Shown here: positions 61,446-64,000 of the stretch, in pieces | Numbering within the stretch: position 1 is the first letter of the stretch | How the letters are laid out: every line of letters starts with the position of its first letter | Assembly: GCA_904063045.1 (NCBI GenBank) | Contig: CAJFCJ010000021.1 | Location: 248,001-312,000, forward strand | From: Dimorphilus gyrociliatus | Lineage: Eukaryota > Animalia > Annelida | DNA: 64,000 nt | Reading direction: 5' to 3' | Notes under the pieces: model-generated | The model's database searches: none | The model's input: the letters and a program-made list of their open reading frames with translations, nothing else | What the model was told of the DNA's origin: nothing | Position numbers and translations under genes: made by a program

Positions 61446-63547
61446 TTAACGTTTAATGACCTCTAAGTGTAACGGTTGTTTTGGAGCAATAACAGCTCCC
61501 TCTTTCAATGGAATTTTGTTTGGAGTCTTTTCAGTCATTACAATTGAATATTTTTTTAACAAACTAATAAGAGCTAACTTGACTTCCATAAGAGCGAAGC
61601 GTAAACCAACACAATTCCTTGGCCCTCCGCCAAAAGCAAGGAAAGCTAAATTGTTTCGATTTAATCGATTTTCTTTCGTATGTCGCATTGGATCGAATTC
61701 GTACGGATTGCTTCCCCAATGCTGCTCATCGTAATGTATCTTCCATACGTTAGCTTGCAGAATTGTTCCCTTTTTAAGGTTATATGGGCCTAACTTTGTA
61801 TCGGCTAGGCACATTCTATTGACTTGAGGAGAAGCAACTGGGTACATTCGAAGCACTTCTCTTACAACCATATCTAAATAAGGCATTGTGTCCAATACAC
61901 TTGCATTAAAAGGGCCCGGAACTTTGTCAATTTCTTCTTGTAGTTTTGCTTGAACTTTTTTGTTTTTTGCCAACTCGTATGCAGTAAATATGAGAACAGT
62001 TGAAGTTGTTTCGTAGCCTGCTAAAAGAAATAGAAAACTTTGATTTTTTACTTCGTCCTCTGTGAGCTTCTTTTGTCCATTAACATCGTCAAAAGAGAAT
62101 TGCCTTCCAAACGTAGGGGTTGGAGTGGGCGTCGGAGTTTGTACTGGAGAGTCTGAATCAGAACCGAGTTCACTTATGCTGTCCATACGCATTGTCAATC
62201 TTCTTCTGGGCTCTTCTTTTTCGGCGTCCAACATAAGTTGTAATAAATCTGGATGTTCTTTCGAAGTTATACCTTCATTGCGTCTTTGTTGAATAACTTT
62301 GTCAAGTCTGTCGAGAAGCCATCTGGAAGGCTCATCGACGTATTTTAAAACAAAGGTAAACAACTTGAAAAAGCTTCTTTTAATTTCTGGTACAATTGCT
62401 GGTAATAGAATATATAGAGGAGGTGAATCTGCTAATGCAAAAATTTGTCGGGATCTTTGTAAAAACGGATCATTCGGATTTGTTTGGGCTTGAACTTCCA
62501 TACCGAAGGCAGTTCGTCCGATTATATCGAATGTCAACGCTTGAAAAGCAGCATGGAGATCTTTCTTCTCTTGACCAAAACAGTTTATCATAGTAGAAAT
62601 ACATTCCTCCACAGTACCAGACATTTTCCTCAATTTAACTTTAGAAAAAGTAGGTGCTATTATTGACCTTAACCTCTTCCACCTGGAGGACCTCGCGTGT
62701 AGCATATGCATTCCGTCAACTCCTTCTGGGTCAGGTTGGATTGGAAACTCTTTCCGTGCATTCCAGTTTGAAAAATTAGTAATGAATGCATCTTTAAGTA
62801 GGGCAAGATCAGTAGTGACAACAATAGGTACACCGCCTTCATAATAACTATTGAACGTAATGAAAGAGAAAAATAAGTTTTTAAATAATGTATTGAATTA
62901 ATTTTGAATAGCTTTACCCAAAGGTATCTCCGTACTTTTCTCCCCATTCCGAAAGTAGTTGATGTGCAGGCTGTCAAAAAAACATAAAATAATTTATAGC
63001 AATTTGTATAAACAATAGTTTTACAAGTATATACCGTCTTTTTAAACAAATGTAAACAACCAAATAACCAATTGTTTCCCGGACCTTTTAGACCACCATT
63101 TTTCAAGGAGACCTGTTTCTTTTTTCTATATCTGATAATAGAGCAAAACCATAAGTAATTAGTAAATTTTCCACGCTAATTAATAGGAGTTACATTATTA
63201 ATTAAGTACGAATAAATCTACGCAGTTATTTATAAGTAATAGTGATATATAACATATGCTAAATTCTTTGCTAAGTAGGTCGGTTTGCATTCACTATCGC
63301 CTAGTTCTTAATCTCCTAAACCAATATTGATTTGAAGGAATGTAGGCCTATGCTAAACTTGATCAAGATAGTAATAAAATAAAAAAGTAAAAAGAGAAAG
63401 AAGAAGAAAAAAGAATACTTTGTTATAGAATCGAAAGGTTCTTATCGGGGATTTTAGGAGGAAAGTTATTTAATCTGGTAATACTTACGCGTAAAAACTT
63501 AGTAATGAGAAAAAAGAAATTGATAAGAAAATGACGACCACTTCCAT
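61446..63547 (-). CDS. Microsomal cytochrome P450, clan 3 (CYP3/CYP5-like), ~536 aa
   Basis: Exons 63547-63489, 63131-63035, 62970-62918, 62847-61446 (1611 nt). N-terminal signal anchor, LKGP hinge, WKRLR, I-helix FLLAGYETT, EVLR, heme motif FGGGPRNCVG. Confidence 0.92.
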
Positions 63548-63740
63548 TTCAAATTGTGTGCGACGTTCGACTTTGGCGCGAGTATTATATAGTAATATAC
63601 GCACCAAATTCACCTTGCGTTATCCAATCACCTTTTAGCACTTAAAATTCTATGTATATATCGACCTGTACATTTCTTCTAGTTCCTAGTTTAACAAATA
63701 TTCATAAACAATGACGTCTATACGTACTAGTGACGTCATT
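63548..63740 (-). promoter_or_regulatory. Putative P450 proximal promoter (CCAAT and CRE-like sites)
   Basis: CCAAT 63624-63628 and TGACGTCA 63731-63738, directly upstream of ATG 63547. Confidence 0.4.
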
Positions 63741-64000
63741 GTCTATTAATTAGTACAACTAGTATATTATAATTGGTTTTCTATTCACTATTATAATTTC
63801 TTTAGGATCGTTTATATATTTATTACACTGAGTGCATTTATAATGAAAGAAATTTTTGAAATGCTTCTATATGTTTAAACGTTCAGTGCTTTTTATTTTT
63901 CCATATTTTACAGGACAATTTAACAATCAATTTTTTCTTTTTGCATTTAACAGTCCATATGCATTTTGAAATTTATGTAATAAATGTAATAAAAACAGTA

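Noticed and set aside
61446-63547. Calling the P450 thromboxane synthase (TBXAS1)
   Set aside because: The I helix keeps the oxygen-activating Thr (AGYETT), which TBXAS1 lacks; only a clan-level call is supportable.
1-64000. Selenocysteine, stop-codon readthrough, frameshifting, or non-canonical (GC-AG/AT-AC) introns
   Set aside because: All 12 gene models close with ordinary GT-AG introns and no in-frame stops; no readthrough-type stop context was noticed.

Overview
Eukaryotic, very AT-rich, gene-dense 64-kb window. Most introns are GT-AG and 55-90 nt, with a few kb-sized 5' introns, and (TA)n/(GA)n microsatellites are common. This fits a compact bilaterian invertebrate genome; a small-genome annelid is a guess, not shown by the sequence. 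I manually spliced 12 protein-coding genes with consistent intron phases and intact frames. In order: BAIAP3/Munc13-4-like (+), ankyrin-repeat/death-domain ANKDD1-like (-), Not homeobox (+), receptor guanylyl cyclase (+), two tandem hydroxylysine-kinase-like genes (-), a short TCF20/RAI1-type ePHD gene (-), ERCC6/CSB (+), RPSA (+), gamma-glutamyl hydrolase (-), ARPC1 (+) and a clan-3-like cytochrome P450 (-). I found no supportable tRNA, rRNA, CRISPR array or intact transposon. The most unusual observation is a last GGH exon missing from the ORF track. It adds a transmembrane helix and a YxxPhi-bearing tail, making a normally soluble lysosomal enzyme look like a type I membrane protein, with a possible soluble intron-retained isoform. 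Other leads: a composite motif shared by two head-to-head promoters, CTCF-like and TCACGTGA motif enrichment, a miniaturised ePHD protein, a possible CaaX on ANKDD1, an intronic G-quadruplex and a phospho-rich P450 insert.
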